Shown piece by piece: positions 8,616-18,011 of a stretch of 64,000 nucleotides of DNA. Numbering within the stretch: position 1 is the stretch's first letter; each line of letters starts with the position of its first letter. The stretch lies in NCBI RefSeq assembly GCF_041248615.1, contig NZ_CP158426.1. The stretch is one strand, 5' to 3'. The position numbers were made by a program, and so were the translations under genes. The notes under the pieces were generated by a model that worked only from the letters and a program-made list of their open reading frames with translations, was not told the DNA's origin and did not search any database. The stretch comes from Escherichia coli. GTDB lineage: Bacteria > Pseudomonadota > Gammaproteobacteria > Enterobacterales > Enterobacteriaceae.

Positions 8616-9488
8616 TGCATCGAAAAGCATTTCTTCAGAAATAATTTTAAGTTTTGCACCATTATCATCCCTATAAGATATAGCCTTTTCGATCTTCCTT
8701 CCGTGACTAGAGAATTTCCAATCACGGGAGGAAAGCGTCCCAATTACTAAAAAATCCAACTTTTGAGTAATTCCACTACTGATGTTCCCACCAGCATTTT
8801 TAATCAAATTTTCAACTACGGCTCTCTTTCCTGCAACAAAAGTGCCTGTAAGACAATAGGTTTTACCCTCTAACTCTATCGAAGCCCCTACATCAATAGG
8901 CAGCCTGGTCGCCAAACCATCCACCACCCCACTTTCCAAGTCACATCCTGTGAAGTCTACTAATGCCTTATGTAGAGTTAAACTCTCATCTTCAGTAATA
9001 ACACCATCTTTAAGAATTTCCTTTACAAGTGCATAAAGTTTTTTTCCTGGGTAGTTGTTCTTCAAAGCTCCATTTTGCTCAAGCCACCAATTAAGATATC
9101 TTATTTCTTCTTGAGTTAAGTTCCGATCAGCAATTAATCCTTTACATAGTCCATTAAGTAAATGGACATCTACATCCTTGGAGTAAAAATCAATTTCAGG
9201 GATATCAAGAATTTCCCTCTGTATTTGGAGAAGACTATTTTTAAGGTCATCACGTTCTTCTGATGTGATTATTCCATCCGCAAGAATATCCGACACCCGT
9301 GCAGATAGACTTTTTATAACTCCATTATTGATAATCTGCTTTGCTTCAAGTAACCATGTATCTAAGTAAAGAACCTCCTCTTCACGGACAACTCCATCTG
9401 CAATGATTCCATCAATGATGCTAATCAAGTTAGCAAATAACTTGTCCCGGTTCTGTGTGTAATTAAAAGCGTAAAGCGCGTCTTCCAT
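8598..9488 (-). CDS. repeat-containing protein with C-terminal BRCT domain (296 aa from ATG 9488, GGAGG SD)
   Basis: four ~40-aa repeats with ADG(V/I)ITxEE motif, then EGKTYCLTGTFVAGKRAVVENLIKNAGGNISSGITQKLDFLVIG resembling the LigA-type BRCT fold. Confidence 0.55.
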   Translation of the reverse strand: MEDALYAFNYTQNRDKLFANLISIIDGIIADGVVREEEVLYLDTWLLEAKQIINNGVIKSLSARVSDILADGIITSEERDDLKNSLLQIQREILDIPEIDFYSKDVDVHLLNGLCKGLIADRNLTQEEIRYLNWWLEQNGALKNNYPGKKLYALVKEILKDGVITEDESLTLHKALVDFTGCDLESGVVDGLATRLPIDVGASIELEGKTYCLTGTFVAGKRAVVENLIKNAGGNISSGITQKLDFLVIGTLSSRDWKFSSHGRKIEKAISYRDDNGAKLKIISEEMLFDALPSSR

Positions 9489-9545
9489 ACAACCTCCTTT
9501 TTTTGATAATCCTTGCACTCCTTGGCTACTCGTTCAAACCACATA

Positions 9546-9595
9546 AAGTTGTTGACAACATTCAAAACCACAACTAAATTACAACTTAAAGGTGT
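9546..9595 (+). promoter_or_regulatory. second operator/promoter region (OL-like): -35 TTGACA (9552..9557), 17 bp, -10 TAAATT (9575..9580) overlapped by the same heptamer repeats
   Basis: AAGTTGT 9546, ACAACAT 9555, ACAACTA 9570, ACAACTT 9581, and ACAACTT-AA-AGGTGTT 16-mer shared with the 7860 region. Confidence 0.45.
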
Positions 9596-9712
9596 TAAGA
9601 CAACGAACAGGCAGGACGCCCACGAAGTAGCCGCTTGGGGCATATGAAGTCCAGGATGATTCGTTGAGTCATGTTGTGCCACTAGGCACTCATGTTAAAG
9701 CAGGTGTATGAA

Positions 9713-9988
9713 ATGAAAGTCCAGATTTTAAACAATAACTGTGAAGTCGTTTGGTCATACGACATAGCCGCCCCTGTAGATCAGAGCGGCGATAGCTGGA
9801 CCAATGGGAAACATCAGATTATGGCTGGAGTTGTGTTCTCTTTACGCCGTGCTTTGGAACAGGCTGAAGTATTTCCATCAGACCCTGAATGGAAATGGCC
9901 TTTTTCTATTTGTCCAAATTCGGAGAGCACATTTCAGAAAATTGGTCAGAAAGTCGCACTCGAAGAGCATCAGCCAACTGTTTCCTGA
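9713..9988 (+). CDS. hypothetical small protein (91 aa from ATG 9713; AGGTG SD)
   Basis: ORF downstream of the OL-like promoter; overlaps a convergent ORF; no family recognised. Confidence 0.25.
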   Translation: MKVQILNNNCEVVWSYDIAAPVDQSGDSWTNGKHQIMAGVVFSLRRALEQAEVFPSDPEWKWPFSICPNSESTFQKIGQKVALEEHQPTVS

Positions 9989-10151
9989 TTTTTTCAGGTA
10001 ACTCGTCGGCATCGCAGAAACAACAACGCTCGATCATGTTGAAAGCCGATTCGTAGAACTGTTTCTGCTGAGTGTCGCTGAGACAGGAAAAGAGCGACGT
10101 TACGATGATTTTATTAATTGCATTATCAAATTCTTTTTCATCAAAAGTCAT
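9906..10151 (-). CDS. hypothetical small protein (81 aa)
   Basis: ORF with AGGA SD 7 nt upstream of ATG 10151; no family recognised. Confidence 0.35.
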   Translation of the reverse strand: MTFDEKEFDNAINKIIVTSLFSCLSDTQQKQFYESAFNMIERCCFCDADELPEKIRKQLADALRVRLSDQFSEMCSPNLDK

Positions 10152-10406
10152 TTGATTTTCCTTTTATGTATACGGGCTTAAAAGGATACCACCGAGCCTG
10201 AAGTGGTGAAAAGACAGGCACATAACAGCTAAGTATTTTCAACCAAAGAGAATCCTTAGCGTTGTGGTGAATGCGGCTCAGCGCACGCGGGTTAAGGTTG
10301 AGGCTGACAGTCGACCTTCTGTGGATACCCACCCGCCTGGTGTGCAACCTTCGCCAGGCACCGGGAGGCACCCGGCACCACAACTTTATGCTGTGTGTAG
10401 TCTTGG

Positions 10407-10452
10407 CGGTACCAGTTTGTACACTTGCTTCCGGCTGGTACCGCTCTTTTTA
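10407..10452 (+). terminator. strong hairpin plus T-run at the end of a GC-rich structured non-coding stretch
   Basis: CGGTACCAG (10407..10415) pairs with CTGGTACCG (10435..10443), 19-nt loop, then CTCTTTTTA. Confidence 0.4.
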
Positions 10453-10588
10453 CAAAACAGAGAAGAGCATCACCGGACGACGGGCTCATAACCCAATCCA
10501 TCCGGGCGGCTGCCACCGCAGGTGTTCTTCTCTGTTTTGTGGAGAAACCAACCGACCTTGCAGGGTCGATATGATGAGGAGCAGCAAA

Positions 10589-10951
10589 ATGGCTAGCGAA
10601 CGCAGTACTGATGTGCAGGCATTTATCGGGGAGCTGGACGGCGGCGTATTTGAAACCAAAATCGGCGCAGTTCTCAGTGAAGTCGCTTCCGGTGTTATGA
10701 ACACGAAAACCAAAGGTAAGGTCTCACTCAACCTGGAAATCGAACCATTTGATGAGAACCGTGTGAAAATCAAACACAAACTCTCATATGTTCGCCCGAC
10801 TAACCGCGGGAAAATTTCCGAAGAAGACACCACCGAAACGCCGATGTATGTCAATCGCGGTGGTCGCCTGACTATTCTGCAGGAAGACCAGGGACAGTTA
10901 CTGACTCTTGCCGGTGAACCTGACGGAAAACTCCGCGCAGCAGGTCGTTAA
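10589..10951 (+). CDS. hypothetical prophage early protein (YfdP-like by position; 120 aa from ATG 10589, AGGAG SD)
   Basis: ORF-track 226-aa frame trimmed to the first ATG with a good SD; lies upstream of yfdQRS-like genes. Confidence 0.45.
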   Translation: MASERSTDVQAFIGELDGGVFETKIGAVLSEVASGVMNTKTKGKVSLNLEIEPFDENRVKIKHKLSYVRPTNRGKISEEDTTETPMYVNRGGRLTILQEDQGQLLTLAGEPDGKLRAAGR

Positions 10952-11044
10952 TATCGTTTTTAATTAACTGATTATTTATCTCATCACTGGGTGATGCTGC
11001 CAACTTACTGATTTAGTGTATGATGGTGTTTTTGAGGTGCTCCA

Positions 11045-11320
11045 GTGGCTTCTGTTTCTATCAGCTGTCCCTCCTGTTCAGCTACTGACGGGGTGGTGCG
11101 TAACGGCAAAAGCACCGCCGGACATCAGCGCTATCTCTGCTCTCACTGCCGTAAAACATGGCAACTGCAGTTCACTTACACCGCTTCTCAACCCGGTACG
11201 CACCAGAAAATCATTGATATGGCCATGAATGGCGTTGGATGCCGGGCAACCGCCCGCATTATGGGCGTTGGCCTCAACACGATTTTCCGCCATTTAAAAA
11301 ACTCAGGCCGCAGTCGGTAA
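11045..11320 (+). CDS. insA: IS1 InsA
   Basis: 91 aa [40 protein letters not shown]... Confidence 0.95.
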   Translation: MASVSISCPSCSATDGVVRNGKSTAGHQRYLCSHCRKTWQLQFTYTASQPGTHQKIIDMAMNGVGCRATARIMGVGLNTIFRHLKNSGRSR

Positions 11321-11742
11321 CCTCGCGCATACAGCCGGGCAGTGACGTCATCGTCTGCGCGGAAATGGACGAACAGTGGGGATACGTCGGGGCTAAATCG
11401 CGCCAGCGCTGGCTGTTTTACGCGTATGACAGGCTCCGGAAGACGGTTGTTGCGCACGTATTCGGTGAACGCACTATGGCGACGCTGGGGCGTCTTATGA
11501 GCCTGCTGTCACCCTTTGACGTGGTGATATGGATGACGGATGGCTGGCCGCTGTATGAATCCCGCCTGAAGGGAAAGCTGCACGTAATCAGCAAGCGATA
11601 TACGCAGCGAATTGAGCGGCATAACCTGAATCTGAGGCAGCACCTGGCACGGCTGGGACGGAAGTCGCTGTCGTTCTCAAAATCGGTGGAGCTGCATGAC
11701 AAAGTCATCGGGCATTATCTGAACATAAAACACTATCAATAA
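11239..11742 (+). CDS. insB: IS1 InsB reading frame (expressed as InsAB' by -1 frameshift)
   Basis: 167-aa frame matching recalled IS1 InsB. Confidence 0.9.
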   Translation: MPGNRPHYGRWPQHDFPPFKKLRPQSVTSRIQPGSDVIVCAEMDEQWGYVGAKSRQRWLFYAYDRLRKTVVAHVFGERTMATLGRLMSLLSPFDVVIWMTDGWPLYESRLKGKLHVISKRYTQRIERHNLNLRQHLARLGRKSLSFSKSVELHDKVIGHYLNIKHYQ

Positions 11743-11792
11743 GTTGGAGTCATTACCCATCACTGAATATCTTTATATAGTGAGGACTTATT

Positions 11793-12617
11793 ATGTCTCA
11801 GAACTTAGACGCAACCGCAATTAATCAAATCCATGCCCTTATTTCTGCTCAGGGTGTTAATGAAATTATCAGTAAGATTGGTGCCGATGCTGTGGCATTG
11901 CCTGAGAATTTCCGCATTCATGATCTGGAAAAATTTAATTTAAATCGCTTCCGTTTCCGTGGTGCGCTTTCCACTGCCAGCATCGATGACTTTACCCGTT
12001 ATTCTAAAGATCTTGCAGATGAAGGCACCCGCTGCTTTATCGATGCTGATAATATGCGTGCCGTCAGTGTGCTTAACCTGGGTACTATTGATGAACCAGG
12101 TCACGCAGATAACACCGCCACACTCAAACTGAAAAAGACAGCACCGTTCTCTGCTCTGTTGTCTGTTAACGGCGAGCGTAACTCCCAGAAGTCACTGGCA
12201 GAATGGATTGAAGACTGGGCCGACTATCTTGTGGGCTTTGATGCTAATGGTGACGCTATTCAGGCAACAAAAGCGGCTGCGGCTGTCCGTAAAATCACGA
12301 TTGAAGCAAACCAGACCGCTGATTTTGAAGATAATGACTTCAGCGGCAAACGCTCCCTGATGGAGTCTGTCGAAGCGAAAACCAAAGACATTATGCCAGT
12401 GGCATTTGAATTTAAATGCGTTCCGTTTGAAGGCCTGAAAGAACGTCCGTTTAAATTACGCCTCAGCATTATCACTGGCGATCGTCCTGTACTGGTTCTG
12501 CGCATTATTCAGCTGGAAGCGGTGCAGGAAGAAATGGCTAACGAATTTCGTGATCTGCTTGTTGAGAAATTCAAAGACAGCAAAGTAGAAACCTTCATTG
12601 GTACTTTCAGCGCCTGA
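11793..12617 (+). CDS. yfdQ: YfdQ-like prophage protein (DUF2303)
   Basis: 274 aa, same length and gene context as recalled K-12 CPS-53 YfdQ. Confidence 0.7.
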   Translation: MSQNLDATAINQIHALISAQGVNEIISKIGADAVALPENFRIHDLEKFNLNRFRFRGALSTASIDDFTRYSKDLADEGTRCFIDADNMRAVSVLNLGTIDEPGHADNTATLKLKKTAPFSALLSVNGERNSQKSLAEWIEDWADYLVGFDANGDAIQATKAAAAVRKITIEANQTADFEDNDFSGKRSLMESVEAKTKDIMPVAFEFKCVPFEGLKERPFKLRLSIITGDRPVLVLRIIQLEAVQEEMANEFRDLLVEKFKDSKVETFIGTFSA

Positions 12618-12744
12618 TTTCATTACTGCAAATGCCCCTGCGGGGGCATTTATGGAAACATAATCGACTCAATAATCGCCGGATGGTGAGGGCTTCCTTT
12701 TACCAGAATTCAGCGTGGTGCAGCACATATACGTGGAGAACAAA

Positions 12745-13281
12745 ATGTCATTTATTAAAACTTTTTCTGGGAAGCATTTTTATTATGACAAGATAAATAA
12801 AGACGACATCGTGATTAACGATATCGCGGTTTCCCTTTCAAATATCTGTCGCTTTGCAGGACATCTTTCACACTTCTACAGCGTCGCCCAACATGCGGTG
12901 CTTTGCAGCCAACTGGTACCGCAGGAATTTGCTTTTGAAGCGTTAATGCATGATGCAACAGAAGCGTATTGTCAGGACATCCCCGCTCCACTGAAACGCC
13001 TTCTTCCTGACTATAAACGGATGGAAGAAAAAATAGACGCCGTAATCCGTGAGAAATACGGGTTACCCCCGGTTATGAGCACGCCTGTGAAATATGCCGA
13101 TCTCATCATGCTGGCAACTGAACGCCGCGAACTCGGGCTTGATGATGGCTCTTTCTGGCCAGTACTGGAAGGTATCCCGGCAACAGAGATGTTCAAAGTT
13201 ATTCCACTGGCTCCGGGTCATGCCTACGGGATGTTTATGGAACGTTTTAACGAGTTATCGGAGTTACGCAAATGCGCATGA
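12745..13281 (+). CDS. yfdR: YfdR-like HD-domain 5'-deoxynucleotidase (178 aa from ATG 12745)
   Basis: HD-domain residues (H...HD...D); GGAG SD; length matches K-12 YfdR. Confidence 0.75.
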   Translation: MSFIKTFSGKHFYYDKINKDDIVINDIAVSLSNICRFAGHLSHFYSVAQHAVLCSQLVPQEFAFEALMHDATEAYCQDIPAPLKRLLPDYKRMEEKIDAVIREKYGLPPVMSTPVKYADLIMLATERRELGLDDGSFWPVLEGIPATEMFKVIPLAPGHAYGMFMERFNELSELRKCA

Positions 13282-13634
13282 ATGTTTTCGAAATGGAAGG
13301 GTTTCTTCACGGGAGATGTGTACCACGAGACCTGAAAGTGAATGAAACGGATGCTGAATACCTGGTGCGTAAATTCGATGCGCTTGAAGCTAAATGTGCA
13401 GCACAGGAAAACAAAGTAATACCAGTATCAGTTGAACTGCCACCAGCAAATGAAAGTGTTCTGTTATTTGATGCTAACGGAGAAGGCTGGCTGATTGGCT
13501 GGCGTTCTCTCTGGTACACCTGGGGACAAAAAGAAACCGGAGAATGGCTGTGGACATTTCAGATCGGGGACCTTGAAAATATTAATATCACTCACTGGGC
13601 AGTAATGCCAAAAGCACCGGAGGCTGGAGCATAA
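13272..13634 (+). CDS. yfdS: YfdS-like prophage protein
   Basis: 120 aa, overlaps the yfdR stop; same order as CPS-53 yfdQRS. Confidence 0.6.
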   Translation: MRMNVFEMEGFLHGRCVPRDLKVNETDAEYLVRKFDALEAKCAAQENKVIPVSVELPPANESVLLFDANGEGWLIGWRSLWYTWGQKETGEWLWTFQIGDLENINITHWAVMPKAPEAGA

Positions 13635-14254
13635 TGACCACTTACACCGATAAGGAACAGATTAAAGAAATCAAAGAACGAATCGGCAGCCTAGACGTGC
13701 GAGACAATGTTGAGCGCCTTGCTTATGAAATTGCTCTGGCATCACTGGAAGCAGAGCCGGTGGCGTGGCTTCATTCAGACAATGGCTTAGGTATTCCGGC
13801 AATAACCAGGAGCAAAAACATTGCTGACAGTTGGTTATCAAAGGGCTGGTATATTCAGCCGCTATATATGGCTCAGCCAGTGTCGGTGGTGCCGGATGCT
13901 CTTCCGTCTTTAAATAATGGCATAGTCGGCTTTGATGAAGGCTGGAACGCCTGCCGCGCCGCCATGCTTCATGGTGCCAAACCTGTAAGCCAGACTTACA
14001 AGTTGAACGAGCTGTCGGGCAACTCTCCGGTAACTCCGGATGGTTGGATAAGCTGTAGTGAGCGAATGCCGAACGATAAACAGTATGTTTGGTGTTGGGG
14101 GAAGTCTTACGGCTGGACTGAGTGCGATACCTTCGAAGGGTATTACGATTGGTCGAGAAACAAATGGTGGGCAGTTACTGACGATGTGGAAGAACCGGCA
14201 TCGAAAGTAACCCACTGGATGCCGCTACCGGAGCCGCCGCAGGAGGTAAAGTAA
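13634..14254 (+). CDS. prophage protein with DUF551-like C-terminus (YfdT-position)
   Basis: 206 aa; C-terminal W-rich segment ending THWMPLPEPP; start overlaps the upstream stop. Confidence 0.45.
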   Translation: MTTYTDKEQIKEIKERIGSLDVRDNVERLAYEIALASLEAEPVAWLHSDNGLGIPAITRSKNIADSWLSKGWYIQPLYMAQPVSVVPDALPSLNNGIVGFDEGWNACRAAMLHGAKPVSQTYKLNELSGNSPVTPDGWISCSERMPNDKQYVWCWGKSYGWTECDTFEGYYDWSRNKWWAVTDDVEEPASKVTHWMPLPEPPQEVK

Positions 14255-14436
14255 TGAACAACTTAATGACAACTAAACAAGTCGCCAACTTCTGTGGAGT
14301 TTCAGTATCGACAGTTCTTCGCTGGAACAGCGTAAACAGGAGAACTGGCCAGAAATACAGGCCAGACTTTCCAGATCCTGATATTAAATCATGCCCAAAT
14401 AAATGGGCATCAGAGCCTGTACATAGATTTGTGTAA
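14254..14436 (+). CDS. AlpA/Xis-like HTH protein (putative excisionase or regulator)
   Basis: 60 aa; TTKQVANFCGVSVSTVLRW ... FPDP pattern resembling the AlpA/HTH_17 family. Confidence 0.45.
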   Translation: MNNLMTTKQVANFCGVSVSTVLRWNSVNRRTGQKYRPDFPDPDIKSCPNKWASEPVHRFV

Positions 14437-14484
14437 TTGCCTGATTTTGATATGTTCAATCCAGCATCAAATGAAGGTTAATTT

Positions 14485-15693
14485 ATGGACGAAAAACAGT
14501 TACAGGCTCTGGCTAACGAACTGGCCAAAAACCTCAAAACCCCTGAAGACCTCAGTCAGTTTGATCGGCTGCTGAAAAAGCTCAGCGTTGAAGCCGCTCT
14601 CAATGCAGAGATGACACACCATCTTGGGTATGAGAAAAATCAGTCCAGACCAGGAGCTAACTCCCGCAACGGTTATTCCACAAAGACCGTTATCACAGGC
14701 GACGGTCCACTGGAACTGCGTACTCCGCGCGATCGTGACGGTACCTTCGAACCACAACTGGTAAAGAAAAATCAGACCCGTATTACCGGGATGGATAACC
14801 AGATCCTCTCGTTGTATGCCAAAGGGATGACCACCCGTGAGATAGCCGCTGCGTTCAAAGAACTGTATGACGCAGATGTTTCACCGGCACTGATATCAAA
14901 GGTTACCGATGCCGTGATGGAGCAGGTTGTAGAATGGCAAAACCGACCACTGGATGCTGTTTACCCCATTGTTTATCTTGACTGTATCGTCCTGAAAGTT
15001 CGGCAGGACAGTCGCATCATCAACAAATCGGTGTTCCTGGCACTGGGCATCAATATCGAAGGTCAGAAAGAACTGCTGGGTATGTGGCTGGCCGAAAATG
15101 AAGGGGCGAAGTTCTGGCTCAATGTGCTGACTGAACTGAAAAACCGCGGTCTGAACGATATCCTCATCGCCTGTGTGGATGGCCTGAAAGGCTTCCCGGA
15201 TGCCATCAACACAGTATATCCGAAGGCCCGCATCCAGTTATGCATCGTGCATATGGTGCGCAACAGCCTGCGCTTCGTGTCATGGAAGGACTACAAAGCC
15301 GTCACTCGCGACCTGAAAGCGATTTATCAGGCTCCCACGGAAGAGGCAGGTCAGCAGGCACTGGAAGCGTTCGCTGCGGCCTGGGACAGTCGCTATCCTC
15401 AGATAAGCCGAAGCTGGCAGGCTAACTGGCCGAATCTTGCCACGTTCTTCGCTTATCCAACGGACATCCGCAAAGTGATCTATACGACGAATGCCATCGA
15501 GTCGCTAAACAGCGTGATCCGCCATGCGATCAAAAAGCGTAAAGTGTTCCCGACAGACGACTCGGTGAAAAAAGTGGTGTGGCTGGCAATCCAGTCTGCG
15601 TCCCAGAAATGGACGATGCCGTTGAAGGACTGGCGAATGGCAATGAGCCGCTTTATTATCGAGTTCGGTGACCGCCTGGACGGTCACTTCTGA
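14485..15693 (+). CDS. IS256-family (Mutator-type) transposase
   Basis: 402 aa; IS256-family transposase architecture recognised from recall; terminal inverted repeats of the element not resolved by eye. Confidence 0.85.
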   Translation: MDEKQLQALANELAKNLKTPEDLSQFDRLLKKLSVEAALNAEMTHHLGYEKNQSRPGANSRNGYSTKTVITGDGPLELRTPRDRDGTFEPQLVKKNQTRITGMDNQILSLYAKGMTTREIAAAFKELYDADVSPALISKVTDAVMEQVVEWQNRPLDAVYPIVYLDCIVLKVRQDSRIINKSVFLALGINIEGQKELLGMWLAENEGAKFWLNVLTELKNRGLNDILIACVDGLKGFPDAINTVYPKARIQLCIVHMVRNSLRFVSWKDYKAVTRDLKAIYQAPTEEAGQQALEAFAAAWDSRYPQISRSWQANWPNLATFFAYPTDIRKVIYTTNAIESLNSVIRHAIKKRKVFPTDDSVKKVVWLAIQSASQKWTMPLKDWRMAMSRFIIEFGDRLDGHF

Positions 15694-15878
15694 GAAAAGG
15701 CATTTACACAGAATCCTAAACAGGCTCGGGCATCACGCAAGATTTACAAATTTGCGGGAGTTATTGAGTAACGAGCATTAGCTCAGATGAGAGTTGGTAC
15801 ACCTATGGCACAGAGCTAAACCTGATCTGTTATATTCGCTCTGTGCCGGAAGTATGCCATATTTATTACATACAGTTG

Positions 15879-18011
15879 TCAATCTTTAAGACTAATTGTG
15901 ATTGCATCTGGAAATCCAATTTGGCTATAGCACATAGTTTCGGTTATGAATAATTTTCTATCGATAAAATCAAGTACATCTTTTTTCGTGAGCCCCGTTA
16001 ACATCGTCAATTTGTTAATTACATAATCATACCAATCATGGTGAAGCATGTTTATATACATGTTAATATCAACTGCATCTTTCTTCCATGAATTATTCGG
16101 TATCAAATCTTCAGATAAAAATCCTCTTATTAAATCGCTTGCATAGGACATCCTAAGAAAAACAGAAAGAAAAAGCCTTACATTAACATGTGTAAAATTT
16201 GTAGATAGCGTCGAAGGAAACTCGTAAAACCGGTAGATCAACCGACTTACAAAAACAGCAGAGTCTATCGCATTTACAGGCAGTAATGTTCCGATGACAC
16301 TTAATGCACCACTTATAACGAAGCCATTAGCAACAGAGGCATGAGAACCACTTAGGGCAGATGTTAAACATGCACTCAGAATTACGATAGGAGGAATTCT
16401 TGCTATTTTTCTCAAACTCCAAGTGTCCACTTTATCCTCACCTATTATTAACCATCCATGACTCCCATTGCCATCATGGTTTCCATGACAATCCATAACA
16501 AGAATATGACCTTGATATTGATTTAGAGCATCAATAAACTCAGCTTTCGATCTAACATCAATAATCTCGCAATCAAGATCTGGCATCTGTTTTTTAAATA
16601 TCTCAATTGCGTTCTCTAATATGAACTTTAAGTGATCATCAGGCTCAAAAGAACGTATAACTAAAACCTTTCTCAACTCAGATGCTTTTACTAAAACGCG
16701 CGGAAAAGCAGAGGCGCTCTGTAGAAGAACGTTACCAGGCGTAGCATTTATTCTTGATATCTCATGACTGAACATTATAGGTATGTTATTAAACCTAATC
16801 CAATCCAATGGTACATCACAAACAAAGGACAAATCGCTATAGTTTTTACTTATATATGTTCTCAACTTGCAACCAAGGGCTCTTCGAATAACAGTATTGA
16901 ATGCTTTAGATTTAGTGATGAATGCTTCACTATTTATCCCAGAAGAAGTTGCAAGATCTTCAAGATTTTTCAAATAATTGGAGTAATGATTTATTGCATT
17001 TGGCAATCTTATTGCTGGGATTTTTTTATTTATGCTAAATAAAGTAATCGCAGCTGTTGTTAATCGCATTTCAGCGCGTCTTAGTGAGGTGAGGTAACGG
17101 AAAGCAGGACTTTTAAAAAGTTCTTTTCTATCTGAATTTATATCAAGTCTAATTCCAGAATAGCCTGGATTCCTCAACACTCCATCAATAAGGAATTTTT
17201 TCTCAATTGTGGATAAATTTTCCGTTATTAACTCATAAAAGTCATTATTTTTATCATATAAAAAAGAGTGCATACCCGGAGCAAAAAGTAAGACTTCCGT
17301 TGGAAGTGGTATATCTAATTCCTTTAAACATTCGGTGTATGCATCAACGCTATGAAGTATTATTTCTATAAACTCTCTTTTGCTACTACCATCTTTAATT
17401 CTTTTTGGTGGAGATAGCATATAGCCAAGTGATTCAATTAACAACTCATTGGGTAGTGTTGAATTGTTAAGCGTCGATCTCCAAGGTGATTTATTAAATA
17501 AAGCCCCTCTTCGCTTCAACTTCGTTGATATTTTCTTTTCACTGTGATTTTTTCTTATTTTATCCTCAATGAATTTCAACCGAGAGAAGAGCACCTTATC
17601 AAATGAGTATATACTATTAATCTTATTAAGTGGTAGATCAGCGCGTTTAGAATTGCAACAAATTATAGGTGGTATAGCAAAATGTTTTTTTAAAGCACAA
17701 ACATACGAAAAATCTTCTTTAGCACAAAAAATTAAGCAAAATGGCGTTTGATAAATATTTGGTATTTTTTCAAGATTTTCTTTAGATATTAAAAAAATAG
17801 GATTTAGCCCGCTTAGAGTAGGCTGAAAGTTATCATTTTCACTGACAAAAATCTCACTAATTTCTTTTGGTGTTTTGGCCAATAAAAAAAGAATGTTGGA
17901 TATCTCTGGGTTGAGGAGGCCAGTATCGAAACCTTGGATTATGGTTTGTTCCCCAGTAGTAGGCATGATTACAACTTTAAGTATCGCCCCGTGTTCCTGT
18001 AACAGTTCCAT
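15879..18011 (-). CDS. CHAT/caspase-like protease-domain protein with large unassigned N-terminal region (710 aa from ATG 18011; track 729 aa to 18068)
   Basis: C-terminal ILVMDCHGNHD ... PPIVILSACLTSALSG His/Cys dyad context typical of CHAT (Peptidase C14-like); strongly AT-rich; AGGA SD before ATG 18011. Confidence 0.55.
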   Translation of the reverse strand: MELLQEHGAILKVVIMPTTGEQTIIQGFDTGLLNPEISNILFLLAKTPKEISEIFVSENDNFQPTLSGLNPIFLISKENLEKIPNIYQTPFCLIFCAKEDFSYVCALKKHFAIPPIICCNSKRADLPLNKINSIYSFDKVLFSRLKFIEDKIRKNHSEKKISTKLKRRGALFNKSPWRSTLNNSTLPNELLIESLGYMLSPPKRIKDGSSKREFIEIILHSVDAYTECLKELDIPLPTEVLLFAPGMHSFLYDKNNDFYELITENLSTIEKKFLIDGVLRNPGYSGIRLDINSDRKELFKSPAFRYLTSLRRAEMRLTTAAITLFSINKKIPAIRLPNAINHYSNYLKNLEDLATSSGINSEAFITKSKAFNTVIRRALGCKLRTYISKNYSDLSFVCDVPLDWIRFNNIPIMFSHEISRINATPGNVLLQSASAFPRVLVKASELRKVLVIRSFEPDDHLKFILENAIEIFKKQMPDLDCEIIDVRSKAEFIDALNQYQGHILVMDCHGNHDGNGSHGWLIIGEDKVDTWSLRKIARIPPIVILSACLTSALSGSHASVANGFVISGALSVIGTLLPVNAIDSAVFVSRLIYRFYEFPSTLSTNFTHVNVRLFLSVFLRMSYASDLIRGFLSEDLIPNNSWKKDAVDINMYINMLHHDWYDYVINKLTMLTGLTKKDVLDFIDRKLFITETMCYSQIGFPDAITISLKD

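Larger units (their letters stand above)
10990..11757 (+). mobile_element. IS1 insertion sequence (768 bp)
   Basis: canonical IS1 ends GGTGATGCTGCCAACTTACTGAT and AAGTTGGAGTCATTACC; insA and insB frames inside; flanked by direct repeat CATCACTG (10982..10989 and 11758..11765). Confidence 0.95.

Noticed and set aside
10200-10460. Retron msr/msd hypothesis for the structured non-coding region
   Set aside because: No reverse-transcriptase gene anywhere nearby; kept only as a generic structured-RNA or terminator candidate.
10271-10588. N-terminal 106 codons of the 226-aa ORF 10271..10951
   Set aside because: This part overlies the GC-rich hairpin region and has no SD; the gene is trimmed to ATG 10589 with an AGGAG SD.
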